A DNA stretch of 64,000 bases from the human T2T-CHM13v2.0 reference genome, Homo sapiens (GCF_009914755.1 NC_060942.1); one strand, 5' to 3'. Shown: positions 1 to 21,071, counted from the stretch's first letter. The notes: generated by a model not told the origin, from the letters alone. Numbers and translations are program-made.

Positions 1-169
1 TAGCTGGGATTACAGGTGCCTGCCACCACACCCGGCTAATTTTTGTATTTTTAGTAGAGACGGGGTTTCACCATATTGGCCAGTCTGGTCTTGAACTTCT
101 GACCTGGTGATCCACCAGCCTTGGCCTCCCAAAGTCCTGGGATTACAGGCGTGAGCCACTGTGCCTGGC
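1..169 (-). mobile_element. Alu (AluS-like), cut by window edge
   Basis: Alu consensus, antisense. Confidence 0.9.
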
Positions 170-195
170 AAAATGATGTATTTTCTAGACTCCTA

Positions 196-595
<400 letters not shown>

Positions 596-2001
596 TTAAA
601 GCCACAATATCACTATTGAACATTTTTCTCGCATCATTTTGGCTGCCTTTCATCGGGTAATCATAACAGTTGTGTTATTACAAATGAAAATGTTCCTGGT
701 ATCTTTGTAGCTCAAGTGCAATCTTATCAAAAGGGAAAATAAAAATGGAAATATAAAGCCACTCATAAGCACTGTAATCACATAGGCAATCAGAACAGCT
801 CATTCCACTCAAAAAGGCGTTCTCAAAGTAGGTAGATAAGACCTTACATAAGGTACTCTTGAATCCATTCTATTTGGTGGTAATTTGCAAATGCATGTGC
901 TTTTAATGGTTTACTTTAGCACACAGATGACTTGTGACACATCCCCACCACCAGGGTTCTAGAACACTGTTCAGAACCACTGTTACGCATTTCAGGAAGG
1001 CTGAGAAGAAAAACAGACAAGATTTCTCAAGAAGACAGAAAAGGCCAATAAGGGATTTTTAAAAAGTCAATTTTAGAAATAACTCAAGTGGAAAGAAGAA
1101 ACTGCCCTGTTAAGGAGCTGGACATAATGATCTTTCCCAGTCCACTTCTGGTCCATCCCCCTTGTGGCTCTATAAATTTGCTTCATAATTAAGCCACCAG
1201 CTGGTGGTGGCTCTGTCTGGTCCCAGCACTATACCCTCATCCCTGGCCAATTTTGATTTGGATGATTCAGACAGAGAGGGTGGCATCAGACCTCGAGTAG
1301 GTGCAGTGAGGGGTTACCAGAAATGACCTTGATCTCTTAATTTTACACTTCTGCCAATACTGTGGGGAGCCTGGAGAAAGTAACCAGTATGTCTTTGTCT
1401 GCAATTGAACCGCAAACACGTTTTTACTCAATTTTAGAAATCTGACTGCAGTCAAGTAATCAATAACCCTATTTCCAGTTAAAGATCCTTGTTTGGCCTA
1501 ATTCAGACAAATCAGGGGACAAACAAATTGATGTCTACTCTTTATTCATCTATGAGTTTAGGCTAATTGCTTGAGCTGTATTTCAATGAGATACCATGAA
1601 AATATGAAAACAGAGCTCCATGGACAGACACACTTGCAGAAGACAGCACCTTGCAACCCTCTCTTGGAAGTTCGGTGGATTTGCTTGTACATTAAAGGCT
1701 GTGAGAAGTCCTGTAGTAAATAAACTGATTTTATTTTATAAGTTAAATGTTTAAAATGCTTTAATATTTAAAATAGCTTTTCCAAAATTAATATAATCAT
1801 AGGCACTTTTTAAAAAATCACAGAACACTTATTAACATCAGTTAAGAAGTGCTGCACTGATACACATGCCTTTAGGAAGGGCAGCAAAACAGCACGTGGA
1901 GGAATTGACCTTTTTGAGCAAATATTTATTTTAAGTGTCTGCTTGGAACAGAGAACTTTACTGGACACTTGAACTACAAAGATAATTTACAGAAAGAGTA
2001 A

Positions 2002-2504
<503 letters not shown>

Positions 2505-2944
2505 CATCTCATTTTCTAGAATGGATATATTGACAAAGAAAAGAGAAGAAATAAGAAATGCAAAAAATGCACCTTCACCATATGGCCCTTTAGCTAAAAG
2601 CTACAAAGCTAACAAGGGTGTGCCATCAGAACTATCCATGTACATGTACAGAGATGATTTTAACAGCTGCCATGTGACATGTGGCTTAAAGTCACCCTGA
2701 GTCTACTAAATGGTTGTGTTGTCAATATATCTAAATATGGCTACGTGCTCTCCAGAGTGTTCCCATGATCACCACGTCCTTTGATCAGTGCCATCTGGAA
2801 GAGCAGATGAGTGCAGCCCTCCTCTCATCCTCTCTGTGCTGGCTCCGAACGCTTGCTTACAGACCCACCAACAACCAAGAAGCTGCACTGGTTGGTACAC
2901 ACTGCAGCAAACAAGGAAAACAAGTAGATAAAAAGTCCAACATC

Positions 2945-3950
2945 AAAAAGAAAAAAAAACCATAGAAACAATTGAAGAGAGAATGGCTAAAGGACATGAA
3001 AAGACAGTTCATACAAAGGGAAATTCAATGCTGTTCTCGCTGAGGCTGGAGTCCAATGATGCGATCTCAGCTCACTGCAACTTCCGTCTCCTGGGTTCAA
3101 GAGATTCTCCTGCCTCACTCTCCTGAGTAGCTGGGGTTACAGGCGCCCACCATCATGCCCGGCTAATTTTTGTATTTTTAGTAGAGACCGGGTTTCATCA
3201 TGTTGGCCAGACTGGTCTTGAACTCCTGACCTCAGGTGATCTGCCCACCTCGGCCTCCCAAAGTGCCGGGATAATGGGCATGAGCCACTGTACCTGGCCT
3301 CAAATGGCTCTTAAACCTGTGAGAAGATATTTGGGTTCCTAAAAGAGAAATGCAATTCTTCACTGAGATAGTAGTTTTTATCCTATAATAGCAAAACATT
3401 GGCACATGGTAATGCTTGGGATGACATTCTAGGTTCAAAAGAGAGCAGAGAAACAGACACTCTGAGGTAGCCTTTATGGAGAGTAATTTGGCCAGATCTC
3501 AAAATTTAACACACACATGCACTGACCAAATAATCACACTTCTAGGAAATATCCCCCATGTACCTACTGCAGGGATTTTCAATGCAGCCCTATTTATCAG
3601 AACGACTAGAAACAACCCAAATGCCTACTGGGAACAGCCAGTTAAACACGATTACAATGATAGCCTATGCAGTCAGCAAAAAAAGAATGAGGTGACCCCA
3701 TAAATATGGTAGGAATTACCTCCAAATTACACTGTTAAGAGACAAAAGCAGAAGGGTATCTACCATCTTGTGCTTTCAGCTGTGTGATGCATAGAATTCA
3801 TACACAATATGAATGCATATATGTACACACACGTGCACATCTGTTTCTGCATATGTGTATGGGTATATGAGGAAGCAAGTTTGCAAGCATTCTTTGCGCA
3901 TACAAACGTGTATCTCTCTGGAAGGACATATTTTGAGAAACTGGTAACCG
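2945..3950 (+). mobile_element. Highly decayed L1ME-like fragment
   Basis: GAATGGCTAAAGGACATGAAAAGACAGTTCA...CAAATGGC...AACAACCCAAATGCC. Confidence 0.55.
3040..3299 (-). mobile_element. AluS lacking tail
   Basis: Alu consensus, antisense. Confidence 0.88.
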
Positions 3951-3953
3951 TAA

Positions 3954-4255
3954 TTTCTTTTTGTCATTTTTTTAAAAGACAAAGTCTCACTGTGGCACCT
4001 GGGCTGGAGTGCAGTGGCATGCTCATAGCTCACTGCAGCCTCTGAACTCCTGGGCTCAAGTGATCCTCCCACCTCAACTTCTGGAGTAGCTGAGACTAAA
4101 GTGCACGCCATCGTACCTAATTTTTAAATTTTTTTGTAAAGATGAGGTCTTGCTTTGCAGACCAGGCTGGTCTTGAACTGCTGCCCACAAGCTATCCTCC
4201 TGCCTTGGCCTCCCAGAGTGCCGGGATTACAGGTGTGAGCCACCGTGCCCAGACC
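3954..4255 (-). mobile_element. AluJ
   Basis: GGGCTCAAGTGATCCTCCC J-type right arm. Confidence 0.88.
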
Positions 4256-5516
4256 AGCAGTATTTTTTTTGGAAAGGAAACTGCATGACTGAGGGACAGG
4301 AGAGGCAGGAAGGAAAACTTCATTTTCATTCTGGACCCTTTTCTAATTGGATCATTTACATGTATTACTGTTTTAAAGCAATGTTTGTGATTCCTCTCCT
4401 TCCCTCTATTGGCATATATATATATATATATATGGCGAATATGGAGAGGAGCAAGGTGGCCAAATAGAAGCTCGCACGAATTGTAATTCCCATAGGAACA
4501 TCAAATTTAACAACTATCTACAAACAAAAAAGCACCTTTATAAAAACCAAAAAATCAGGCACTCACAGTACCTGGTTTTAACTTTATATTGCTGAAAAAG
4601 GACTGAAGAGGGTAGGAAAAATAGTCTTGAATTGCCAATGCCACCCCTCCCCCAGCCCCAGCACCAGATGTGTGGCATGGAGAGAAAATCTGTACGCTTG
4701 GGAGAGGGACAGTGCAGCGATTGTGAGGCTTTGCACTGAACTCAGTGCTGCCCTGTTACAGACAGTAGAAAGCAAAAGCAGGCTGAACTCAGCTGATGCC
4801 AGACCATAGAGGGAGCATTTAGACCAGCCCTAGCCAGAGGGGAATCTCCTGTACCTTGGTCAGAACTTGAATTCTGGCAAACCTCGTCACCGAGGGCCAA
4901 AGTGCCCTGGGGCTCTAAATAAAATTGAAAGGCAGTGTAGGCCCCATGAACTACAACTCTTAGGCAAGTCCTAGTGCTGAGCTGGACTTGGAGCCAGTTG
5001 ACTTAGCAGGCACATGACCTACTGAGACACCAGCCAGAGCAGCTAGTGGAATGCTTGCTCGGCCCCTCCCCGCCAACCTCACTGCTCCAAAAGAGACCTC
5101 TTCCTTCTGCTTGAGGAGATGAGAGGGAGGAGTAAAGAGAACTTTGTCTTGCATCTTGGATACCAGCTCAGCCACAGTAGGATAGGGCACCAGGCAGGGT
5201 CATGAGGCTGTTTCAGGCCCTAGTTCCCAGACAACATTTCTAGACAATCCTGGATCAGAAGGGAGCCTGCTGCCTTGCAGGGCAAGGACCCAGCTCTGGC
5301 AGGATCCATCACCTGCTGATGAAAGAGCCCTTGAGCCCTGAATAAACAGTAGTGATACCCAGTTAATATCCAAGGCTGTGGGCCTTAATTGAGGCTAAGA
5401 TATTCTGGCTTTAGTTGTGACCCAGCACATTCCCAGCTGTGGTGGCCATGGTGAGAGATTCCTTCCGCTTGAGAAAAGCAGAAGGAAAATTAAAGGGTGC
5501 TTTGTCTTGCTCTTGA

Positions 5517-6299
<783 letters not shown>

Positions 6300-9200
6300 T
6301 GCCTTGCACTTGCTACCACCTTGGCCACAGTGGGGTAAAGCAACAAATAGAGACCCCTCTTGGGGTCCCTGAGTCTAGGCCTTAGGTTCTTGGATGACAT
6401 CTCTGGACTTGCTTTTTGCCAGAGGGGAGCTCACTGCCCTGAAGGGTGACTGAAAGGATTTACCACAAGCTGACTGAAGAGGCCATAGGCCTTTACCGAA
6501 CATCAGCAGTAACCTGGCAGCACTCCTCATAGGCCTGTGGTGGTGGTGGACATGGGGAGAGGCCCCTGAGCCTGTGGAAAGGGCAGAATAGTGGAAAGGA
6601 CTGGCTAATGGTTTGAGTGCCAGCTCAGCCACAGTAGAATAGATAGGACACCAAGCAGATTTCTAAGGTTTTGGACTCCAGTCCATGGCTCCCAGATGGC
6701 ATCTCTGGATCTGGCTGCAGCCTGGGGGAACTCACTGGCTTGAAGCTAGCCTGGCTGGCTTCACAACAGGGCATTGAGGGAACATAGGCAGCCAGATCAT
6801 GGTTACAGTGGGCCATGGCGAGACCCAGTGTGGTGCCAGCTTCATGTCTGACCCAGTACATTCTCAGTGGTGATGGCCATATTGGTGCTTGTATCTCCAC
6901 CCCCCTAGCTCTGGGTGGCCCAGAACAGAGGGAGAGAGAGAAGGAGAAAGGGAGAGGAGGGAGGGGGGAAGGGGGAGAGAGAAAGAGCAAAAAAAGAGAG
7001 AGAGAGAGATTGATTCTGTTTGGGAGAAAGTAAGCAACAAGAACAAGAGTGTGGGCTTGATAATCCAGATAATTCTTCCAGATAGTCTGCAAGAAATGCA
7101 GCGTTATTGAGCTTGGGATGCCCCCTAATGCAGATATGGGTTCAATCATAATATCCAAGTTCTTTTGAATACCTGGAAATCCTTCCCAAGAAGGATGGGT
7201 ATAAACAAGCCCAGACTGTGAGAGCTACAATAAATATCTAACTCTTCAATGCCCAGACATTGATGAACATCCACAAGCATCAAGAACATCCAGGAAAACA
7301 TGACTTCACCAAACAAACTAAATAAGACACCAGGGGCCAAACCTGCAGAAACAAAACTATATGACCTTTCAGACAGAAAATTCAAAATTGCCATTTTGAG
7401 GAAACTCAAAGAAATTCAAGATAGCACAGAGAAGACATTCAGAACTCTATCAGATAAACTTAACAAAGAGGAAACTCAAAGAAATTCAAGACAACACAGA
7501 AAAAGTTTAGAATTCTATCAGATAAATGTAACAGAGATTGAAATAATTAAAAAGAGTCAAGCTGAAATTCCGGAGTTGAAAAATGCAACCGACATACTGA
7601 AGAATGCATCAGAGACTTTTAATACCAGGATTGAATAAGTGGAACAAAGAATTAGTGAGCTGGAAGGTAAGCTATTGGAAAATATGGTCAGAGGAGACAG
7701 AAGAAAAAAGAATAAAAAAGAAAGAAGTACACCTACAAGATCTAGAAAATAGACTTAAAAAAGCAAATCTAAGAGTTATTGGCATTAAAGTGGAGGTAGA
7801 GAAAGAGACAGGGGTAGAAAGTTTATTCAAAGGATAATAACAGAGAACTTCCCAAACCTAGAGGAAGATATCAATATCCAAGAACAAGAAGGTTGTAGAA
7901 CACCAAGCAGATTAACCCAAAGAAGACTACCTCAGGCATTTAGTAATCAAATTCCTAAAAGTCAAGGATAAAAGGAAGGATCCTAAAAGCAGCAAAAGAA
8001 AAGAAACAAATAAAATACAATGGCACTCCAATACGTCTGGCAGCAGACTTTTCAGTGGAAACCTTATAGGCCAGGAGAGAGTGGCATGACATATTTAAAG
8101 TGCTGAAGGAAAATATATTCAAGCATAAAGGAGAAATGAAGACCTTCCCAGACAAACAAAAGCTGAGGGATTTCATCAACACTAGACCTGTCCTACAGGA
8201 AATGCTAAACAGAGTACATTAATCAGAAAGTAAACGATGTTAGTGAGCAATAAGAAATCACCTGAAGGCACAAAACTCACTGGTAACAGTTAAGTATACA
8301 GAAAAACCCAGAATAGTATAACACTGTGACTGTGACATGTAAACTACTCTTCAGTAAAATGACTAAAAGATTAACTGATAAAAAATAGTGACTAGAACAA
8401 CTTTTCAAGACATAGTACAATAAGATATAAATAGAAACAATAAAAAGTTAAAAAGCAGAGGGAGGAAGTTAAAGTGTAGAGTTTATTAGTTTTCTTTTAG
8501 CTTAAAATAATGAGTTATTAGACAGTACTTACAAGCCTCATGGTAACCTCAAATCAAAAAACATACAATGGATATATACAAAATAAAAAGCAGGAAATTA
8601 AAGCACACCACAAGAGAAAACCACCTTCACTAAAAGGCAGAAGGGAAGGGAGGAAAGAAGGAAGAGAAGACCACAAAGCCACCGGAAAACATAACAAAAT
8701 GGCAAGAGTAAGTCCTTACTTATCAATATAACATCGAATGTAAATGGGCTAAACTGTCAATCAAAAGATATAGAGTGGCTGAATAGATTTAAAAAAAAAA
8801 AAGACCCAGTGATCTGTTGCCTACAACAGACACTCCACCTGGACTGAAAATGAAGGGATTGAAGAAGATATTCCATGCCAATGGAAAGCAAAAAAGAACA
8901 GGATACCTATATTTATATCAGACAAAATAGATTTCAAGACAAAACTATAAGAAGAGACAAAGTCACTATATAATGATAAAGAGGTCAGTTCAGCAAGAGG
9001 ATATAATAGTTTTAAATATTTATCCACCTTACACTGGAGCACCCAGATATATAAAGCAAATATTACTAGAGCTAAAGAGAGTGATAGACCCCAGTAAAAT
9101 AATAGCTGGAGACATCAACACTACACTTTCAGCACTGGACAGATCTTCCAGACAGAAAATCAACAAAGAAACATGGGACTTAATCTGCACTATAGACCAA

Positions 9201-9637
9201 ATAGATATTTATAAAATATTTCATACAACAGCTGTAGAATACACATTCTTTTCCTCAGCACGTGGATCATTCTCAAAGACAGAACGTATATTAAGTCACA
9301 GAACGAGTCTTAAAACATTCAAATAAATTGAAATAATATCAAACATCTGACTGACCACAATGAGTAAAACTAGAAATCAATAATAAGAGGAATTTTGGAA
9401 ACTATACAAAAACATGGAAATTAAACAATATGTTCCTAAATGACCAGTGGGTCAATGAAGAAATTAAACAGGAAACTGAAAAATTTCTTCAAACAAATGA
9501 TAATGGAAACATGATAAACCAAAACCTGTGGGACACAGTGAAAGCAGTACTAGGAGGGAAGTTTATAGCTATACGTGCCTACATCAAAAAATAAGAAAAA
9601 CTTCAAACAACCTGATGATGCATCTAAAAGAACTAGA

Positions 9638-9974
<337 letters not shown>

Positions 9975-10067
9975 TTACTAGAAGAAAAGAAATAATAAAG
10001 ATCAAAGCAGAGATAAATGACATTGAAACAAAGAAAACAATACAAAAGATCAATGAAACAAAAACGG

Positions 10068-10404
<337 letters not shown>

Positions 10405-11600
10405 TAGTTTCTTGAAAAGATAAACAAAATTGACAAACCTTTAGCTGGACTAACTAAAAAAAAAAAAAAAAAAAAAAAGCAAAAAAAGAGAGACCCAAAT
10501 AAATAAAATCAGAGCTGAAAAAGAAGACATTACAACTGTTACCACAGAAATTCAAAGATCATTAGTGGCTACTATGAGCAACTATTTGCCAATAAATTGG
10601 AAAATGTAGAAAAAAATGGATAAATTCCTAGATACATAAAACCTACCAAGATTGAATCATAAAGAAATCCAAAACCCAAACAGATGAATAACAAGTAATG
10701 AGATCAAAGCCATAATAAAAAGTCTCTCAGCAAAGAAAATCCCAGGACCCAATGGCTTCACTACTGAATACTACCAAGCATTTAAAGAAGAACTAATACC
10801 AATCCTACTCAATCTATTCTAAAATAAACAGGAGGAAATACTTCCAAACTCATTCTACAAGGCCAGTATTACCCTGATGCCAAAACCAGACAAAGACACA
10901 TCAAAAAACAAAAACAAAAACAAAAAGACCTATAGGCCAATATCATTGATGAATGTTGATGCAAAAATCCTCAACAAAATACTAGAAAATTGAATTCAAC
11001 AACACATTAAAAAGATCATTCATCATGATCAAGTGGGATTTATCCCAGAAATGCAAAGATTGTTCAACATACACAAATCAATTAATGTGATATGTCATGT
11101 CAACAGAATGAAGGGCAAAAACCATATGATCATTTCAATTGATGCTGAAAAAGAATTTGATACAATTCAACATCACTTCATGATAAAAAAAATCCTCAAA
11201 AAACTGGGTACAGAACAACATACCTCAGTATAATAAAAGCCATATATGACAGACCCATAGCTAGTATCAAACTGAATGGGGAAAAACTAAAAGCCTTTCC
11301 TCTTAGATCTGGAACATGTCAAGGATGCCTACTTTCACCAGAAGTCCTAGCTAGAGCAATCGGACAAGAGAAAGAAATAAACGGCATCCAAATTGGAAAG
11401 GAATAAGTCAAATTATCCTTGTTTGCGGATGATATGATCTCATATTTGGAAAAACCTAAAGACTCCACCAAAAAACTATCAGAACTGGTAAACAAATTCT
11501 GTAAGGTTGCAAGATACAAAATCAACATACAGAAATCAGTAGCCTTTCTGTATGCCAACAGCAAACAATCTGAAAAAGAAATCAAGAAAATAATCCCATT

Positions 11601-12490
11601 GGGAGGAGCCAAGATGGCCGAATAGGAACAGCTCCGGTCTACAGCTCCCAGCGTGAGAGACACAGAAGACCGGTGATTTCTCCATTTCCATCTGAGGTAC
11701 CGGGTTCATCTCACTAGGGAGTGCCAGACAGTGGGCGCAGGCCAGTGGGTGCGCGCACTGTGCGCGAGCCGAAGCAAGGCGAGGCATTGCCTCACCTGGG
11801 AAGCGCAAGGGGTCAGGGAGTTCCCTTTCCGAGTCAAAGAAAGGGGTGACGGACGCACCTGGAAAATCGGGTCACTCCCACCCGAATATTGCGCTTTTCA
11901 GACCGGCTTGAAAAACGGCGCACCTAGAGACTATATCCCACACCTGGCTCGGAGGGTCCTACGCCCACGGAATCTCACTGATTGCTAGCACAGCAGTCTG
12001 AGATCAAACTGCAAGGCGGCAGCGAGGCTGGGGGAGAGGTGCCCGCCATTGCCCAGGCTTGCTTAGGTAAACAAAGCAGCCGGGAAGCTCGAACTGGGTG
12101 GAGCCCACCACAGCTCAGAGGCCTGCCTGCCACTGTAGGCTCCACCTCTGGGGGCAGGGTACAGACAGCAGTAACCTCTGCAGACTTAAATGTCCCTGTC
12201 TGACAGCTTTGAAGAGAGCAGTGGTTCTCCCAGCACGCAGCTGGAGATCTGAGAACCAACAGACTGCCTCTTCAAGTGGGTCCCTGACCCCTGACCCCCG
12301 AGCAGCCTAACTGGGAGGCACCCCCCAGCAGGGGCACACTGACACCTCACACGGCAGGGTATTCCAACAGACCTGCAGCTGAGGGTCCTGTCTGTTAGAA
12401 GGAAAACTAACAAACAGAAAGGACATCCACACAGAAAACCCATCTGTACATCACCATCATCAAAGACCAAAAGTAGATAAAACCACAAAG
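11601..12490. promoter_or_regulatory. L1 5'UTR with sense promoter and antisense promoter (ASP)
   Basis: CpG-rich, YY1 motif at the 5' end. Antisense donors CAG|GTGTGG (11944/11943) and CAG|GTGCGT (11859/11858). Activity not shown by sequence. Confidence 0.75.
11975..12049 (-). pseudogene. L1 ORF0, truncated to 24 aa
   Basis: MAGTSPPASLPPCSLISDCCASNQ* versus recalled ORF0 MAGAPPPASLPPCSLISDCCASNQRDS...; CGA>TGA. Confidence 0.8.
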
Positions 12491-13507
12491 ATGGGGAAAA
12501 AACAGAACAGAAAAACTGGAAACTCTAAAACGCAGAGCGTCTCTCCTCCTCCAAAGGAACGCAGTTCCTCACCAGCAACAGAACAAAGCTGGATGGAGAA
12601 TGACTTTGACGAGCTGAGAGAAGAAGGCTTCAGACGATCAAATTACTCTGAGCTACGGGAGGACATTCAAACCAAAGGCAAAGAAGTTGAAAACTTTGAA
12701 AAAAATTTAGAAGAATGTATAACTAGAATAACCAATACAGAGAAGTGCTTAAAGGAGCTGATGGAGCTGAAAACCAAGGCTCGAGAACTACGTGAAGAAT
12801 GCAGAAGCCTCAGGAGCCGATGCGATCAACTGGAAGAAAGGGTATCAGCAATGGAAGATGAAATGAATGAAATGAAGCGAGAAGGGAACTTTAGAGAAAA
12901 AAGAATAAAAAGAAATGAGCAAAGCCTCCAAGAAATATGGGACTATGTGAAAAGACCAAATCTACGTCTGATTGGTGTACCTGAAAGTGATGGGGAGAAT
13001 GGAACCAAGTTGGAAAACACTCTGCAGGATATTATCCAGGAGAACTTCCCCAATCTAGCAAGGCAGGCCAACGTTCAGATTCAGGAAATACAGAGAACGC
13101 CACAAAGATACTCCTCGAGAAGAGCAACTCCAAGACACATAATTGTCAGATTCACCAAAGTTGAAATGAAAGAAAAAATGTTAAGGGCACCCAGAGAGAA
13201 AGGTTGGGTTACCCTCAAAGGGAAGCCCATCAGACTAACAGCGGATCTCTCGGCAGAAACCCTACAAGCCAGAAGAGAGTGGGGGCCAGTATTCAACATT
13301 CTTAAAGAAAAGAATTTTCAACCCAGAATTTCATATCCAGCCAAACTAAGCTTCATAAGTGAAGGAGAAATCAAATACTTTACAGACAAGCAAATGCTGA
13401 GAGATTTTGTCACCACCAGGCCTGCCCTAAAAGAGCTCCTGAAGGAAGCACTAAACATGGAAAGGAACAACCGGTACCAGCCGCTGCAAAATCATGCCAA
13501 AATGTAA
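12491..13507 (+). CDS. L1 ORF1p, intact 338 aa
   Basis: MGKKQNRKTGNSK...NHAKM. REKG, ARR and YPAKLS motifs present. Confidence 0.93.
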   Translation: MGKKQNRKTGNSKTQSVSPPPKERSSSPATEQSWMENDFDELREEGFRRSNYSELREDIQTKGKEVENFEKNLEECITRITNTEKCLKELMELKTKARELREECRSLRSRCDQLEERVSAMEDEMNEMKREGNFREKRIKRNEQSLQEIWDYVKRPNLRLIGVPESDGENGTKLENTLQDIIQENFPNLARQANVQIQEIQRTPQRYSSRRATPRHIIVRFTKVEMKEKMLRAPREKGWVTLKGKPIRLTADLSAETLQARREWGPVFNILKEKNFQPRISYPAKLSFISEGEIKYFTDKQMLRDFVTTRPALKELLKEALNMERNNRYQPLQNHAKM

Positions 13508-13543
13508 AGACCATTGAGACTAGGAAGAAACTGCATCAACTAA

Positions 13544-17398
<3,855 letters not shown>

Positions 17399-18266
17399 AC
17401 AATGAGATCACATGGACACAGGAAGGGGAATATCACACTCTGGGGACTGTGGTGGGGTGGGGGGAGGGGGGAGGGATAGCATTGGGAGATATACCTAATG
17501 CTAGATGATGAGTTAGTGGGTGCAGCGCACCAGCATGGCACATGTATACATATGTAACTAACCTGCACAATGTGCACATGTACCCTAAAACTTAAAGTAT
17601 AATAAAAAAAAAAAGAAAAAAAATAATCCCATTTATAATAGCTATGAATAAAATAGCTAAGAATTAAGTTTACCAAAGAAGTAAAAGATCTCTGCAATCA
17701 AAACTATAAATTGATTGCAATGATGCAAGAAACTAAAGAGGACACCAGAAAAATGGAATGATATTCCATGCTCATGGATTGGAATATTGTTAAAATGTCC
17801 ACACTGCCCAAAGCAATCTACAGATTCAATGCAATCTCTATGAAAATACCAATGACTGTCTTCACAGAAATAGAAAAAAAATCCTAAAATTTGTATGGGA
17901 ACCACAGAAGACCCAGAAAAGCCACAGCTAATCTAAGCCAAAAGAACAGAACTGTAGGAATCACACTACCTGACTTCAAATTATATGACAGAGCTATAAT
18001 AACCAAAACAACGTGGTATTGGCATAAAAACAGACACACAGATCAATGGAACAGAAAAGAGAACTCAGAGATAAATTCATACATCCTTAGTAAACTTGTT
18101 TTCAACAAAGGTGCCAAGAACATACATTGGGGAAAGGCAGTCTCTTCAATAAATGATGCAAGGAAAAACTGCATATTTATATGTAGATGAATGAAAGTAG
18201 ACCCCATCTCTTGTCATATGCAAAAATTGAATCAAAATGGATTACAGACTTAAATCTAAGACCTCA

Positions 18267-18633
<367 letters not shown>

Positions 18634-19146
18634 CTAAACTGGGCAAAGATTTCTTGAGTAATACTTCACAAGCACAGGCAACCAAAGCAAAAACGGACAA
18701 ATGAGATCACAAGTTAAAAAGCTTCTGTAAAGCAAAGGAAACAATCAACAAAGTAAAGAGACAACAGAATGGGAGAAAATATTCAGGCCACTGAATTCAT
18801 TTTAAATGATAGATTCTTCCCCTTGCCTCATCCCAGAACCACTCTGTATCTTCAGGGGCTGGGTCCAGGCACCTAGAGAGTTTGTAAAAATTCCACAAGA
18901 GGTTCTGATGTACAGGCAGGACTGAGAACCCCCAGTTAGTGCAAAGGAGAGTGTCTTCCTATGGTGACTTCTATCATTAAAAATCTACTTCTGAACTTGG
19001 GCTGCAAAGTAGCAGGAAGAAAACCACCAGCTGAGTTAGGTTTCCATGAGCAAGAGATTCTTACCCAAGGTTCAATCATAAATTACATGACTTGAAAGCA
19101 AATTCTCTAAAATGAGCATGTTGCCCAAGATCTTAAAAATAAATAG

Positions 19147-19473
<327 letters not shown>

Positions 19474-19861
19474 TGAGATGGCACAGTATCACCACCCTTC
19501 CCCATCAGTAATCACTCAGTGCAGGAATACCCCTCACCCTGCGGCTTTACAAGCATCAATTACTCTGGTGTTTTTAGGCTGTGGAGGTGGATGGTAATTT
19601 ACAACCGATCAGAGAAAGAAAGAAAATAAGTAGCCAGAGTAGACTCCCATATGTGGTATGTGCCGAAAATGGAAAATTCATCTTATTAAGTGGAACAGCT
19701 CCCTCAGCACTTTTCACAGATTCCCTAGGATATCCTACGATTGATACGTTTCAATGAGCCATCTTTATCTGTGTTTTGGTTCCAACTAAATATTAATTCA
19801 TAGATGCGCTAAAGACCCCACATTCTTAATTCCAGATTATTTTATGAAGATATCACTTTAA

Positions 19862-20172
19862 GGCCGGGTGTGGTAGCTCACGCCTATAATCCCAGCACTT
19901 TGGGAGGCTGAGGCTGGTGGATCACAAGTTCAGGAGATCGAGACCATCCTGGCCAACATGGTGAAACTCTGTCTCTACTAAAAATACAAAAATTAGCCAG
20001 GCGTGGTAGCATACGCCTGTAATCCCAGCTACTTGGGAGGCTGAGGCAGGAGAATCGCTTGAACCCAGGAGCGGGGTTGCAGTGAGCCGATATCGCGCCT
20101 CTGCTCTCCAGTCTGGGCGACAGAGAGAGACTCCATCTCAAAACAAAAACAAACAAACAAACAACAAGAAAA
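19862..20172 (+). mobile_element. AluS
   Basis: Full dimer, (AAAC)n tail. Confidence 0.92.
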
Positions 20173-21071
20173 CTCCAAAAATACAAAAACTAGTGTTTCC
20201 CAGAACACATGCTGAGAAGTGTGTTCATCAGGAAACGACAGAGCTCATCCCATAGCACTGAAAACATTCCCGCTCATTTCTGAGAATCTTTGCTGAATCT
20301 TTACACAAAGGGTAAAGTTACTCCACTCGAACCTGTGGGCTTATCTTTCTCCATGGCACATTCTAACAGCATGTTTGTGCCTGTCCTTCCTTCTCACAAA
20401 ACACAATAAAGGTCCTTCTAGTGAAAAGTACTCTGAATGGGTCTCTCAAAGCACTTGTTTAACAGGAAAGCTTAGTTGGGCTAGAGGATTTCCTTTCTTT
20501 AAAAAAAAAAGAAAGCAACTTTCTGTGCTACAACCCTCATTAAAGAAACTAGCGCAGTTCAGGCTGCTTAGGCAGTGTTTTGCTAGAATGGGTGCTGGTC
20601 CCTGGTGTTAGTCTGGTGGTACCTCGCAGGGTGACTCATGTTCTGATGTCTTAAAGAACTGATTCTCTGAAGGAAATTATTCAGGATGTGAAATGTCAAG
20701 AAAGACAGATGATGATTAAAAAAAGAAAGAGAAGTCAGGGTGACACTGACCTTAACTGGGAAATTGCACAAATGAGAATATAGTGGGAAAGGAAAGAGGG
20801 ATGAAGAGGGCAAAGAGAGGAAGGGAGGAAAGAAGGAGAGCAGACTGGCTGTGAGGGAGGCAGGGCACATGGGAAATGGGAGGAAAGAGGTCTGGCATTT
20901 ACTGAACATCATCTGTGTGCTTGGGAAGGGCACAGAGAGGTATTAGAATAAGAATTTTTGTAAAAAGTCACAGGCAAAGTCATTTGATATGGGTTTTGAG
21001 AAGCGAGAACCACCCAAATCCCCTAGGAATATAAATCACCCTTGGAAAACATGACTAAGATTCAAGACTGA

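Noticed and set aside
17441-17476. G-quadruplex-forming G-runs
   Set aside because: Standard feature of L1PA 3'UTRs, not specific to this locus.
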